From a virus (Duplodnaviria > Caudoviricetes), in the IMG/VR virus record IMGVR_UViG_3300037462_000153, positions 1 to 46,081 of that record: DNA of 46,081 bases; one strand, 5' to 3'. The notes below the pieces were generated by a model that saw only the letters and a program-made list of their open reading frames with translations, was not told the DNA's origin and did not search any database. This document shows positions 8,966 through 18,777 of this stretch, piece after piece; the first letter of the stretch is position 1; each line of letters starts with the position of its first letter. Made by a program: the position numbers and the translations under genes.

Positions 8966-9374
8966 AGCTTGCAAGCCTCCTGCACTGGTCGGGCCCTTTG
9001 CGCACGGCGTCGCGCAGCAAGTCGGCCGGGTTGGGCGGCACCTCGGGGTCAAGCCCCGCCACGACCGCCGCGATTGCCTCGCGCTCGGCCTTCTCTGCCA
9101 GGTTCCGCGCGTGCGTCAGGTACGCATGGTTTGCGGCGTGTTGCTCGCGTACCCGCTTGACCCGATCGACGACGGCGCGGGCTTCCTGCTCGGTGTCGAA
9201 CCGTCCCGTGCATTGATCGGCGCGGCAATGGGTCGGGCCGCTGTCTTGCGAGCCATAGTAGTGGGTTGGAGCGTTATCGGTCCAGCGTTTGCGCTCACTG
9301 GTCACACGCATGATTTCAAAGCCGCCTGCGTACCAGTTGCGTTTGAGGGTGTAGAAGAGGGTTGGCTTAGTCAT
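8955..9374 (-). CDS. Hypothetical protein
   Basis: GGAGG RBS; ATGA overlap with the upstream gene. Confidence 0.6.
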   Translation of the reverse strand: MTKPTLFYTLKRNWYAGGFEIMRVTSERKRWTDNAPTHYYGSQDSGPTHCRADQCTGRFDTEQEARAVVDRVKRVREQHAANHAYLTHARNLAEKAEREAIAAVVAGLDPEVPPNPADLLRDAVRKGPDQCRRLASYGN

Positions 9375-9979
9375 TCCGTACCTCCCCAACCCGCAGCCCG
9401 GCGACGGTGTTCCGCCTTGATACGAGCGCGGTATGTGCTGTCGGCTTCAAGCTCGTCGGAGCCCTGTCGACGGATCACGTCATAGAGGCGGCCAAGCGCG
9501 TCAAGCTGTTCGCCTGACGCCGCTTCTACGCTAACGTTCTCGACGACGCGCGGTTCGGTCGGCACGATCATAGTCCCGTGCGGCCCCTGTTCAACGGTGA
9601 CCCCGAGGTCCGGCACCCCCTCCAACTCCAGCAGCCCCGCCGTCGCCGCATCACGCGCCCGGCGCACGTCGGCAAGCTCGGCCTCACGGTCGGCTATCTC
9701 GCGTTGCAAGGTCTGTTCGCGCTGCAGGTAAGCGGTCGCGGCTTTCTCCAGGTTGGTGCGCAGCTGCTCGGTCGCGGGCAGTACGCGCGGGGGTGCCACG
9801 CCCGGGAAATATTTTTCTTGCAGTTCGGCGCGTTCCGCATCTCCGTAACGTTCTTCGAACGACTTTTTGGCGTCAGCGTGGATAGCTTCCAACACTTCTG
9901 GCCGGGTCGTTACGGCGAGCCGTACGGCGGCGTCCGCATAGGTCAACGCGTCCCAGTTCTCTTTCAGCCACTTTTTCAT
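9371..9979 (-). CDS. Coiled-coil protein with a C-terminal baseplate-wedge-like motif
   Basis: AAGGAG RBS; C-terminus ASGEQLDALGRLYDVIRR...ADSTYRARI. Confidence 0.6.
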   Translation of the reverse strand: MKKWLKENWDALTYADAAVRLAVTTRPEVLEAIHADAKKSFEERYGDAERAELQEKYFPGVAPPRVLPATEQLRTNLEKAATAYLQREQTLQREIADREAELADVRRARDAATAGLLELEGVPDLGVTVEQGPHGTMIVPTEPRVVENVSVEAASGEQLDALGRLYDVIRRQGSDELEADSTYRARIKAEHRRRAAGWGGTE

Positions 9980-10227
9980 GGTTTGCCAACTCCTTTCATA
10001 AATTCCAGTGCAACCATCTTCGTTGTATCGACCGGCACGCCATCCGCCAGGAACCCCAGCACCAAGGCGCGCACGTCTTCCATGCACTTGCAGGACACGC
10101 CAAGGGCCGCGCGCCGATCGTTCCACAGGTACGCCCACAATGCGCGGTACTCTTCGACAGCCGCAGGCTCGCATTGCGCCGCCCGATCGCGAAGTGCGTT
10201 CAACGCTTTTACAACTTTCTTGGACAT
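9976..10227 (-). CDS. Hypothetical protein, first gene of a cassette
   Basis: GGAGGT RBS; downstream of a palindromic promoter. Confidence 0.6.
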   Translation of the reverse strand: MSKKVVKALNALRDRAAQCEPAAVEEYRALWAYLWNDRRAALGVSCKCMEDVRALVLGFLADGVPVDTTKMVALEFMKGVGKP

Positions 10228-10317
10228 GCTAACCTCCAAACTTAGAGGCCCGGTCGCTCCACCCGGATTGCTGCGCGCTTCCTTGGCTCAAATCGTCCGC
10301 GCGTCACCTCTAGCGGC

Positions 10318-10345
10318 ACCATACGCGATTTGACGCAGCCGTCAA
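10318..10345 (-). promoter_or_regulatory. TTGAC-N6-GTCAA palindrome (10330-10345) / promoter
   Basis: TTGACGCAGCCGTCAA directly after the terL stop; TTGACG-16-TATGGT. Confidence 0.7.
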
Positions 10346-11956
10346 CTACTTTATGGCGTCGAGGAACGACCCCCGGCGCGGCGCGTAGCGGATCATGATG
10401 CTATCCGCGTAGTTGGGGCTCTTCGTCCCGTCCGGCGCTTTGACGACTTGGATCTTGCCGGCGGTCGTCTGCTCGTACGTGGGTTGGCTCAATTCCATGA
10501 TAACCTTAGCCAACGCGGGCATGGACCCATTGAGGCAAATTAGGTCGTCGACCGCATAGTGGCCAAGGTCGCCTGCCTCGACCGCGCGAAAGGTGCGCTG
10601 GAACCGGACGCGCAAATTCCACCAGCCTTGCGCCTTGGCGTTCAGGAAGTAATCGCCGTTCTTGCGCGCGTTGCGTCGGTCCTCGGCGGTCTGCGGGTTG
10701 GCTGTGGGTATCGGTTCGTCTGGCTTGTGAACCGCACCGGACCCGCGGAACGGCTCGACCTTCACCTTCCGCTTCCTCGCGTCGTTGATCACACGCGCGT
10801 CACCCCGCACGCCCGCGCCGAGGCCGTCCGCATCGTACCAGAATTCGTCCAGGTTCTCGTCGTCGCAGATGCTGAACGCCTTCTGCACCGTGCCGAATAT
10901 GTCGTCGCCCTTGCCGCTCCAAGCTTCAACGTTCTCCACGCGCATGCCTTGGCCGCTGCAGAAGGCGTTGAGATCGATACCTTCGTCTGCCACGTCAAGC
11001 GCGCCGGCGCGCTTGCCCCTGAACTGAATGCCGAGCTTCTTGTCGCAGTCGATCGCCGCTTGCACCCATGCGCCGGGAATGAGGATGCCGGACGCGCTGG
11101 CGGTGTACGATAGATCGACTTCCTGCGCGAGCGAGACGGGGTCAAGCTCGGCCTGCTGCTTGGCATACCAAACGTCGTCCTTGCGCGGATCGTCGCGCCA
11201 ATGGAACGTAAACACCTTGATGCGACCGGCAAAGCGCTTCTGCGCGAACGAATTGCCCATGCCGTTGGGGGTGCTGATATCGATGCGGCAGTTTGTCGTT
11301 TGCGACAGGGACGCGTCGACCTTTTGGGGTCGCTCGAGGAACGCCGCTTCGTCGACGAAATAGATGGATTGTCGGTCACCGCGCCCGATCCCGTCGCCCG
11401 CCTCACCTGTGATAATCGATCCGGTGGCGGGGAACTTGATCAGCATTTCGACGCTGTCGCGCCGTTCGTCCCACCCGCCTGTAAACTCTGGTGGCAGCCG
11501 CTTGATGAATTCGCGCGCTTTCCAAAAGAGGCTCTTGGGGCTGCCGAGCTTGTCGACGTACTCGGCTTTGCGCGATCCGAAGCCCGCGCCGAAACCGGTA
11601 TGGAACAGACACAGCGTGCAGGCGAGCGACACGGATAGCCACGACACGCCGGCATCTCGGCTTTTTTCGGTAATGCCGGGCTCGCGGGACTTCCAACGCT
11701 CAACGACCCATTCAATCCATTCGCGCTGCTTGGGGAACAGGATAAACGGCACGATCGCAGGCAGCCCTACGTCGGTGTTGCGGGGATCGAACGTTACGCC
11801 CCAATCGTTGATGAAGTCGGCCGGGTTGTCCCGATACCAGGCGCGCACGCCGGGCAGGAGCTCGGGCCGCTCGCGCAGCCGTTGCAGCCGTTCCAGCCGG
11901 GCTTTGAACACCTGGACGTAGTCGGGATCACGCCAATTGAATGCGGGGTCAGTCAA
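10346..11956 (-). CDS. terL: Terminase large subunit
   Basis: [10 protein letters not shown] (Walker A region), YFVDEAAF (Walker B), nuclease LDVADEGID and KSPNYADS; likely TTG start at 11956 coupled to the upstream stop. Confidence 0.93.
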   Translation of the reverse strand: MTDPAFNWRDPDYVQVFKARLERLQRLRERPELLPGVRAWYRDNPADFINDWGVTFDPRNTDVGLPAIVPFILFPKQREWIEWVVERWKSREPGITEKSRDAGVSWLSVSLACTLCLFHTGFGAGFGSRKAEYVDKLGSPKSLFWKAREFIKRLPPEFTGGWDERRDSVEMLIKFPATGSIITGEAGDGIGRGDRQSIYFVDEAAFLERPQKVDASLSQTTNCRIDISTPNGMGNSFAQKRFAGRIKVFTFHWRDDPRKDDVWYAKQQAELDPVSLAQEVDLSYTASASGILIPGAWVQAAIDCDKKLGIQFRGKRAGALDVADEGIDLNAFCSGQGMRVENVEAWSGKGDDIFGTVQKAFSICDDENLDEFWYDADGLGAGVRGDARVINDARKRKVKVEPFRGSGAVHKPDEPIPTANPQTAEDRRNARKNGDYFLNAKAQGWWNLRVRFQRTFRAVEAGDLGHYAVDDLICLNGSMPALAKVIMELSQPTYEQTTAGKIQVVKAPDGTKSPNYADSIMIRYAPRRGSFLDAIK

Positions 11957-12078
11957 TCGGATGGCTTCCCGCAACGCTGGCACCCGCCGTATCGCGGGTA
12001 CCCGGGGCGCAACGCGCCACCATGACGGGGGCGTTTATGCAGCCCAAACCAGCAAAGAAATCGCAGTAAGACGTTCAT
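11953..12078 (-). CDS. 41-aa Cys/His zinc-binding peptide (DUF1660-like; not in ORF track)
   Basis: [14 protein letters not shown]...CQRCGKPSD; start and stop both overlap neighbouring genes. Confidence 0.55.
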   Translation of the reverse strand: MNVLLRFLCWFGLHKRPRHGGALRPGYPRYGGCQRCGKPSD

Positions 12079-12296
12079 GCGATGTGCCGCCTCTCGTACC
12101 GCTCGCGATACGGGATCGCGCCGACCTCGACGAGCGCGGCAATCTGGTCGTCAGGCTTGCGAAAATCCCAAACCAAACCACGTTCAGCAACACGCCGCAT
12201 TGCCTGCGCTTGCTTAGCGCTATTAACGCGTGGCCATTCATGGTCGGGCCCGTGCACGTACTCTACGCAAGGTATCAGCGTTTGATAGCCCATCAC
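12075..12296 (-). CDS. Hypothetical protein
   Basis: Tightly coupled ORF in the terS-terL insert. Confidence 0.5.
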   Translation of the reverse strand: MMGYQTLIPCVEYVHGPDHEWPRVNSAKQAQAMRRVAERGLVWDFRKPDDQIAALVEVGAIPYRERYERRHIA

Positions 12297-12448
12297 TCGA
12301 CCCCATCCAATCCGATCGTTTCCACCTCAAACCGCGCAACGTACATGGTACGCCCCGCCCGGCTCGTCGACCAGTAGGCCCGGCCGATCGCCACGTGTCC
12401 CAAGCGGTCGGCCCATACGGCCCAATCCCACCAGTCGCTGTGCATCAT
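12293..12448 (-). CDS. 51-aa Trp-rich hypothetical protein (not in ORF track)
   Basis: MMHSDWWDW...ETIGLDGVE; ATGA and GTGA overlaps at its ends. Confidence 0.5.
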   Translation of the reverse strand: MMHSDWWDWAVWADRLGHVAIGRAYWSTSRAGRTMYVARFEVETIGLDGVE

Positions 12449-12894
12449 CCTTCATACCTCGCCATTTCCGCAATCAGGTCAAGCATGTCGAGCTCCCGTG
12501 CCCGGCAGTCCATGCCGCTCGGTTCGCGCGTGTCGAACACGTTCAGGAACATGGTGCGGACGGCGTCGCGCAGTCGTTCGAAGTCCTCTTGCAATTCCTC
12601 GAGCTTGTGCGCGGGGACCGTGTCGGCCAACGCTTCGCACTGCTGGACAACGACCGCCTGAAGCGCGTCACGCTCTCCGATCAACTCGTTAATCCGCCCC
12701 TCAAGGGTCGTCATGTAATCTCGTGCCGGGTTGTCCATCTCGCCAACTCCCTTATCCGTCAGTACCCACCCGCGCCCATCGTGCCATACCAACCCCAGCG
12801 CCTCCAGCCGCTGCATCTCGCGCAGACGGCCATTGTAGGGGCCGGGGTGGTGGTGAACTTCGAGCAGCAAATAGCGGTCAATTGTACGCTGCAT
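12445..12894 (-). CDS. Hypothetical protein with possible internal start at 12738
   Basis: Short wHTH-like N-part and coiled-coil C-part; internal AAGGGAGTTGGCGAG-ATG. Confidence 0.5.
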   Translation of the reverse strand: MQRTIDRYLLLEVHHHPGPYNGRLREMQRLEALGLVWHDGRGWVLTDKGVGEMDNPARDYMTTLEGRINELIGERDALQAVVVQQCEALADTVPAHKLEELQEDFERLRDAVRTMFLNVFDTREPSGMDCRARELDMLDLIAEMARYEG

Positions 12895-13048
12895 TGGTCA
12901 CGACACGGCGGCCGCAGGGGACGCGGAAAACGAGAACCCCGACAGACGCCCAGAATTCTTGTCCGTCGTCCCACTCAACCCAAACCGAGCGCCCTTTTAG
13001 GTTCGTCGCGGTGCCACGCCTTTTGGTGAATTTCGACCATACCCGCAT
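12878..13048 (-). CDS. Hypothetical protein, first gene of a cassette
   Basis: TTGGAGGTTGGCGAA-ATG leader. Confidence 0.55.
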   Translation of the reverse strand: MRVWSKFTKRRGTATNLKGRSVWVEWDDGQEFWASVGVLVFRVPCGRRVVTNAAYN

Positions 13049-13158
13049 TTCGCCAACCTCCAAATTTGTAGGAGCATGGCGATCGACATTCGCCCGTTTC
13101 CGACACCAGCCGTCCGTCACGCGTAACCGGTTGCCCCTAGCCTATAACCTGCCACCAT

Positions 13159-13174
13159 TTGACGCCGCCGTCAA
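13159..13174 (-). promoter_or_regulatory. TTGAC-N6-GTCAA palindrome at the terS stop
   Basis: TTGACGCCGCCGTCAA; the -10 element is less clear here. Confidence 0.6.
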
Positions 13175-13917
13175 GCCTTGCCGCTCACCATCTTCAAATA
13201 CGCCTCTGCGGCTTCCTTGGGATCGTCTGTCACCAGCCGCAGGTCAGCAACCCGGCCGGTCAGGTCAACGCGCATCTTGTCGTCAAAGGCGCCGAGGATC
13301 CGCCCAATCTGCTCAAGCGCCTTGTCCTTGTTGGCGAACAGGATCTTGACGCCGTCGCGCGTCTGCTGGACGCCTTGATACAGCAGCTTGGCACCGGGCG
13401 ACAGTTGAGTGGTGTCCATGATCCTGGTGCGCGGGATGCCCTCCCCCTCGCATTCGACGCACTCGGGATTAGGGGCGGCCGTGTGGCGGTATCCGAAGCC
13501 GCCGCCTATGTCGGGCATCGGGCCGTCCGGCTTGCGCTCCCATTCCGCCAGCGCCTCGACGTATTCGCGTTCCTTCCAATGGTAGCCGCCCCCCTCGCCC
13601 CAACAATGGCGGCATGCGCCGACGCGCATCTGGATAAGCTCGTTGGGGTCGACAAAGCTAATGGCCAGGTAGGTTTCGAGGAGCTTTTTGACGTCGAACG
13701 TTGATGCCGCCACGACCTTGTCCACGCGTTCGGCCTTGAGCTCGGCAATCCTTTGCGAAACCTTCTCATGCTTTGCGAGCATGCTTGCTGCCACCCATAC
13801 GTCCTTTTCGCTCATTTTATCAGCGGCATACGCGCGCCGGTACGCTTCGGACTGGGAAACCCCCTCAATCCCGACCGCTTGGGCGAATTTTTCTTGCTTT
13901 TCCGTTAACTTGCGCAT
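13171..13917 (-). CDS. terS: Terminase small subunit with a zinc-finger insert
   Basis: LTEKQEKFAQ...SQSEAYRRAY HTH; CRHC and CVEC pairs; KDKALEQIGRILGAF. Confidence 0.85.
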   Translation of the reverse strand: MRKLTEKQEKFAQAVGIEGVSQSEAYRRAYAADKMSEKDVWVAASMLAKHEKVSQRIAELKAERVDKVVAASTFDVKKLLETYLAISFVDPNELIQMRVGACRHCWGEGGGYHWKEREYVEALAEWERKPDGPMPDIGGGFGYRHTAAPNPECVECEGEGIPRTRIMDTTQLSPGAKLLYQGVQQTRDGVKILFANKDKALEQIGRILGAFDDKMRVDLTGRVADLRLVTDDPKEAAEAYLKMVSGKA

Positions 13918-13959
13918 GCCTCACATAGCCACAATCAAGGGCCGTCCGTCAATAACCCC

Positions 13960-14230
13960 GTACTTCCCCGCATTTACCCTCCACGTTGGGGGTGCTAAAA
14001 ACCCTTTATATTCTTATACTTATTCTTCTATACCCCTAATACCCCTAATAATATGATATTACGTGTGTTGCACGCACACGCTCGCTACGCACATGCGCTC
14101 GCACATGCACATGTATGAGAGTTACGCTATCCGGGGTATTCGGGGTGTTCGGGGTATCGCGCTCTAAGCGGCTGATAACATTACGCAATTGGTACACCCC
14201 ATATGCGGGGTGGTCCGGGGGTATTGACAG
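13960..14230. other. Putative replication origin: AT-rich tract, inverted 9-bp iterons and an alternating purine/pyrimidine tract
   Basis: TACCCCTAA x2 (14031-14048), CGGGGT(A/G)T(T/C) x3 (14132-14158), RY tract 14061-14116; lies in the divergent terS/primase gap. Confidence 0.5.
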
Positions 14231-14272
14231 TGCATACAGAACGGCGCGATAAATACAGCGCCGCCGGAAACG

Positions 14273-14303
14273 AAAAAGCCCGGCAGTTTTCACCACCGGG
14301 CTT
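14273..14303 (-). terminator. Hairpin with a U-tract on the minus strand
   Basis: AAGCCCGG...CCGGGCTT stem with an A-run on the left. Confidence 0.4.
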
Positions 14304-14386
14304 CAAAGCGCACCAAAATATAGAGGCACAGGAACACCCTCTTTATGCCACGCGCTTCGACGCTCGTCAACATATTGAGGAACACA

Positions 14387-16810
14387 ATGGACTTCCGCAC
14401 GTCCCCGCTTGCCCCCCTGACACTCTATCCGCAATGGGTCGCCTGGCGCATTGAGCCCACCATACGCAACGGCGTCGAGGTGCCCGCCAAGATGCCGTAC
14501 AGCCCCATCCACGGCGGCAAAGCCAGCAGCACCAATCCGGCAGAATGGTCCAGCTATGACGACGCCGTCAAATACGCCTCGGCAACTGGCATGGGCGTGG
14601 GGTTTGTCTTCACCTCGTCGGACCCGTTCTTTTTCCTCGACGTGGACAAGGCGCTGCACGCTGGCCAATGGTCACAGCTTGCACAAGAGCTTTGCGCCCG
14701 GTTCGCGGGCGCAGCGGTCGAGGTGTCCCAATCAGGCACCGGCCTGCACATTATCGGCATGTATTCCGCGCAGCCCGAGCACCGGAAGAAAAACGTTCCG
14801 CTTGGCCTTGAACTCTACACGCAGGAGCGTTTCGTAGCGCTGACCGGCACCAACGCCATGGGCGACGCCTCGGCCCTCATGGACGACCCGCTGGCGGCTG
14901 CGGTAGCGCAATACTTCGACCCGCTCAAGGTGGCGGCCGGCGCACCGCTGGACTGGACGACCGAGCCGGTGGCCGAGTGGTCGGGGCCTGACGATGACAG
15001 CGAGTTGCTTGCACGTGCCATGCGATCGGAACCGGCGGCCAGTGCTGCGGCTGCGTTCGGTGACGGGGCGGCGCCTGTACGGTTCAGCGACCTATGGACG
15101 GCGAACGCCGAGGTGCTGGCGGCGCGCTACCCGGGCAACGGTGCGGGCGGTTATGACGCGTCGAGTGCTGACCAGGCGTTGGCCAATGCGCTGGCCTTCT
15201 GGACCGGCAAGAACTGCGAACGCATAGAGCGCATGATGCGGGCGAGCTCGCTCACGCGCGACAAGTGGGACGACCGGCCCGAGTGGCTGGCGGATACCAT
15301 TATGAACGCCGTTCGGTTCGTTAAAGGCGTGTACGCCGCACCGGCCACGGCAGCGCGTCCAATCGCGCCACCGGCCGAGGTTACGCCGGGTATTCACGCA
15401 GGCCACCCGGATCTGCTTGGGCGGGTAATCTTCAACCATGACCTGCCGATGCTGTTTGACGGGTATGTGTTCGTGCATGGCGTCGACAAGATCATGACGC
15501 GCGACGGGCGACTACTCGGCAAGGCGGGCTTTGACGCCGAACACAACGGCCCGGTATGGAACCCGGCGATTGACGGGCGCCGCAAGACAACGAGCGCGTG
15601 GGAAGCCCTCATGACCAACGAGGCGTACCGGCTGCCCATTGTGGACGGCATGTGTTTCAGGCCGGAACAACCTGACGACCGGATAATTGAGGAGGGTCGG
15701 CGAAACCTGCTCAACATGTACGTGCGGCCCAAGCTGTCACTTGTGGACGGTGACCCGTCAAAGTTCCTCACGCATATGCGCCGCATGCTGCCGGTCGGCG
15801 ATGACCTGGAGATATTGCTTTCATACTTTGCCGACTGCGCACAAAACCCGGGCGTCAAGGTGCAGTGGTGGCCGGTGCTGGTCGGCGCAGGCGGTTCATT
15901 CAAGACCACGTGGGTGACGATCATGCGACACGCGCTCGGTAGCGAATATGTCCACGAGGTCAACACGCGCAAGCTGGTGGCGGGCAGCAGCAACTTTAAC
16001 GGCTGGATAGAGAACAAGCTGTTTATCGCGCTTGACGAGGTGTACGGCCGGGACCGCCGGGAATTCCTCGAGGGCTTCAAACCCACTGTGACCAACCGCA
16101 CGATTGACATTGAAGCCAAGGGCAAAGAGCAGGTGACGGGTGACAACCGGGCGAACGGGTTGTTCACGTCAAACGACCAGGCGGGATTGCCGATCCTTGA
16201 GGGGGAACGTCGGTATGCGCCATTTTTCTATGCGTACCAGGAAACCCAAAAAATGTGGGCGGCGGGTATGGATAGCAGGTATTTGGGTGATCTTTATAGC
16301 TGGTTTGCCGGCACGGACGCATATGCCGAGCTTGGCCGGGATTATGGTTTCCGGGTCATGGCGCATTATTTGCACACTCGCGCACTGTCATCGGCTTACG
16401 ATCGGGTTAAGGCGCCTGAAACATCGAGCACGCTAGCGGCGATCAAAGCCGGGTTGGGTCGCGCCGAACAGGAAGTGATTGAGGCGATCGAAGAGGGCCA
16501 GCCGGGCTTTGCAGGCGGGTGGGTATCCTCGACAAAGCTGGACGACCTGTTGACCCGCAAGCGCATGAACGTACCGCCGAACAAGCGCCGCGACATGATG
16601 AAGTCCATAGGTTACGACTGGCACCCGGCCCTAGCGAACGGCCGGGTAAACAATGTCGTGTCGCCCGACAACAACAAGCCCCGGCTATATTGCAAGGTCG
16701 GGTCGATCGCCTGGAGCAACTTGACAGACGCGGCGGCGGTGGCGGCGGCGTACAGCAAGGCGCAAAGCGTGGGACTGGAAGAGACGACGCGGAGCCAATT
16801 CAATGGTTGA
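14387..16810 (+). CDS. NrS-1-like primase-polymerase fused to a helical bundle and SF3-type helicase
   Basis: FLDVDK, EVSQSGTGLHI and ELYTQERFVALTG (prim-pol); SSADQALANALAFWTG (helical bundle); Walker A GAGGSFKT and IALDE; GAGG RBS before ATG 14387. Confidence 0.88.
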   Translation: MDFRTSPLAPLTLYPQWVAWRIEPTIRNGVEVPAKMPYSPIHGGKASSTNPAEWSSYDDAVKYASATGMGVGFVFTSSDPFFFLDVDKALHAGQWSQLAQELCARFAGAAVEVSQSGTGLHIIGMYSAQPEHRKKNVPLGLELYTQERFVALTGTNAMGDASALMDDPLAAAVAQYFDPLKVAAGAPLDWTTEPVAEWSGPDDDSELLARAMRSEPAASAAAAFGDGAAPVRFSDLWTANAEVLAARYPGNGAGGYDASSADQALANALAFWTGKNCERIERMMRASSLTRDKWDDRPEWLADTIMNAVRFVKGVYAAPATAARPIAPPAEVTPGIHAGHPDLLGRVIFNHDLPMLFDGYVFVHGVDKIMTRDGRLLGKAGFDAEHNGPVWNPAIDGRRKTTSAWEALMTNEAYRLPIVDGMCFRPEQPDDRIIEEGRRNLLNMYVRPKLSLVDGDPSKFLTHMRRMLPVGDDLEILLSYFADCAQNPGVKVQWWPVLVGAGGSFKTTWVTIMRHALGSEYVHEVNTRKLVAGSSNFNGWIENKLFIALDEVYGRDRREFLEGFKPTVTNRTIDIEAKGKEQVTGDNRANGLFTSNDQAGLPILEGERRYAPFFYAYQETQKMWAAGMDSRYLGDLYSWFAGTDAYAELGRDYGFRVMAHYLHTRALSSAYDRVKAPETSSTLAAIKAGLGRAEQEVIEAIEEGQPGFAGGWVSSTKLDDLLTRKRMNVPPNKRRDMMKSIGYDWHPALANGRVNNVVSPDNNKPRLYCKVGSIAWSNLTDAAAVAAAYSKAQSVGLEETTRSQFNG

Positions 16811-17552
16811 GGCCGTCCAATTCCGAACCGGGGTGTTCTTCCTTGGCGATTGCTTCGACGTCATGGCCACGCTGCCTGCCGGTATGGTCGACATGGTTCT
16901 GTGCGACCTGCCGTATGGGGCGACGCAGAACAAGTGGGATAGTGTCTTGCCGCTCGGGCCGTTGTGGGGCGAGTATTGGCGGCTGCTCAAGTCGAACGGC
17001 CCGGCGGTGTTGACCGCAGCGCAACCGTTCACAACGGTGCTTGGAGCTAGTTGCGTTGAGCGGCTGCGGTATTCCCTCATATGGGACAAGGTGCGGCCGG
17101 TCGGCCATCTGAACGCAAAAATCCGCCCGATGCAAAGACACGAAGACGTTTTGATTTTTGCTCGGGAAAAAGAAACTTATAACCCGCAAGGATTGGTGTA
17201 CGCTCCCAAGGTCAATAAACGCACCACCAGCGGGGACAACTACGGCAAAGCCGGGAAAGAAAATCTATCCGAATATACAGGATACCCGCAAAGCATTTTG
17301 AAATATGAAAGCGCGCAGACTGGCAAATTTCACCCAACCCAAAAGCCCGTCGCGCTCTTCGAATACCTGATACGCACCTACACCAACCCCGGCGAGCTCG
17401 TACTAGACAACACCGCTGGCAGCGGCACCACCGCCGTGGCCGCCATTCAATCCGGCCGGTCCTGGATCTGCATTGAGCGCGACCCCGAGTACTTCGCAAA
17501 GGCATGTGTGCGGGTCGCGGAAGCCGAGGCATTGACACCCGCCAACCCCTAA
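16803..17552 (+). CDS. Orphan beta-class amino (m6A/m4C) DNA methyltransferase
   Basis: DLPY (motif IV) precedes HPTQKPV and VLDNTAGSGTT (motif I). Confidence 0.9.
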   Translation: MVEAVQFRTGVFFLGDCFDVMATLPAGMVDMVLCDLPYGATQNKWDSVLPLGPLWGEYWRLLKSNGPAVLTAAQPFTTVLGASCVERLRYSLIWDKVRPVGHLNAKIRPMQRHEDVLIFAREKETYNPQGLVYAPKVNKRTTSGDNYGKAGKENLSEYTGYPQSILKYESAQTGKFHPTQKPVALFEYLIRTYTNPGELVLDNTAGSGTTAVAAIQSGRSWICIERDPEYFAKACVRVAEAEALTPANP

Positions 17553-17632
17553 GCTACCGTGCACCCGTCCTCACCTCATGGGACTGTGCTCCGCATCAGA
17601 ACCGCTCCCGCCGCCAACCGGGGGCGGTTTTG
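17532..17632 (+). ncRNA. Candidate ~65-nt small RNA with its own promoter and terminator
   Basis: TTGACA-17-TACCGT, then GUCCU-CACCUCAU-GGGAC hairpin, then AACCGCUCC/GGGGCGGUU-UU terminator. Confidence 0.3.
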
Positions 17633-17762
17633 CTATAAGCAGGGGGCCGCCCCCAAGCAAATGAAGACGGCGCGCCGCATCGCGTCCGATGGGTTCGCGG
17701 CTACAATATGTCAAGGCGGAATGCGGATTTACACCCGGCACGCTTGCGGCCCCCGTTCACTA

Positions 17763-17790
17763 TTGACACACCCGTCAAATCCCCTACACT
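17763..17790 (+). promoter_or_regulatory. TTGAC-N6-GTCAA palindrome / lysis-cassette promoter
   Basis: TTGACACACCCGTCAA; TTGACA-16-TACACT. Confidence 0.7.
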
Positions 17791-17963
17791 GTCCAAGCCG
17801 ACCCAACCGCGTGACCTTGCGAGGCCCGGCGGTCGGATTGTTGTTAACCAAGGGCGGCCCGTAGGGCGCGAGAAATGGTAGGTTCGTCTTGTAGGTGATG
17901 CACAACCGCTACAATGGCCGCAGGTTCCGCCGAGCCTGCGGCAACTCTTATGGAGGGGCCGAT

Positions 17964-18725
17964 ATGGTCACAGTTCAGCAACTCATGCAGATCGCGGGGC
18001 ATAACCGGCCGAACGCGACGACGTCCGCAATAGCCGACGCATTCAACCGGTTTGCCTCCCGCCACGGTGTTACTAACTCCAAACGGGCCGCACAGTTCCT
18101 TGCAAATGTGAGTGTCGAGACGGGAGGCTTTACGCAGCTGGCGGAAAGCCTCAACTACTCGGTTGATGGCCTGCTCAAGACATTCGGTCGTCACCGCATC
18201 AGCGAGGCCGACGCCAAGCGGTTGGGCCGCACGGCCATGCGCCGCGCCGACCAGGTCGGAATTGCCAATACCATCTATGGCGGCGCGTGGGGTCGGAAGA
18301 ACCTTGGCAACACGCAACCGGGCGACGGGTGGGATTTCCGCGGATCCGGTCCGGGCCAAGTGACGGGACGCGCCAACTTCCAGCGCATTGCCGCCGAGAC
18401 GGGGCTTGACGTGGTCAACAATCCCGACATGCTACGCACCGCCGACACCGGCATGCAGGCGGCTTTGATCTTGTGGGGAAAGTGGGGGCTCAACGATATG
18501 GCCGACAAATCCCTGACGACCGATATTCGCAAGCGCTGGAACGGCGGCGACCACGGGTTGGCCGAGGTACGCGCCGCGTATGGCCGCGCCCGACTGCTGG
18601 ACTTGCAAGTGCCCGCGGCTGTCGTACCGCCTCCCAAGCCCACGTTGGTGCCGGCGCCCGTCACCCCTGCCGTACCCAAGCCGACCCTATGGGCCGCACT
18701 GTCCAAGCTGTTCACCCGTAAGTAA
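17964..18725 (+). CDS. Endolysin, glycoside hydrolase family 19
   Basis: AQFLANVSVETGGF..LAESLNYS, FRGSGPGQVTGRANF and RKRWNGG motifs; GGAGG RBS before ATG 17964. Confidence 0.9.
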   Translation: MVTVQQLMQIAGHNRPNATTSAIADAFNRFASRHGVTNSKRAAQFLANVSVETGGFTQLAESLNYSVDGLLKTFGRHRISEADAKRLGRTAMRRADQVGIANTIYGGAWGRKNLGNTQPGDGWDFRGSGPGQVTGRANFQRIAAETGLDVVNNPDMLRTADTGMQAALILWGKWGLNDMADKSLTTDIRKRWNGGDHGLAEVRAAYGRARLLDLQVPAAVVPPPKPTLVPAPVTPAVPKPTLWAALSKLFTRK

Positions 18726-18777
18726 CTTGCAACTTTGACGACCATGTGGTTATGCTCACGCAACAGGAGTATGGCCC

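Noticed and set aside
10789-11406. Same-strand alternative-frame ORF inside terL, and the similar 44125-44793 in the sheath gene
   Set aside because: Low-complexity, Arg-rich translations with no recognisable motif, unlike the nested HNH and MTase beta frames.
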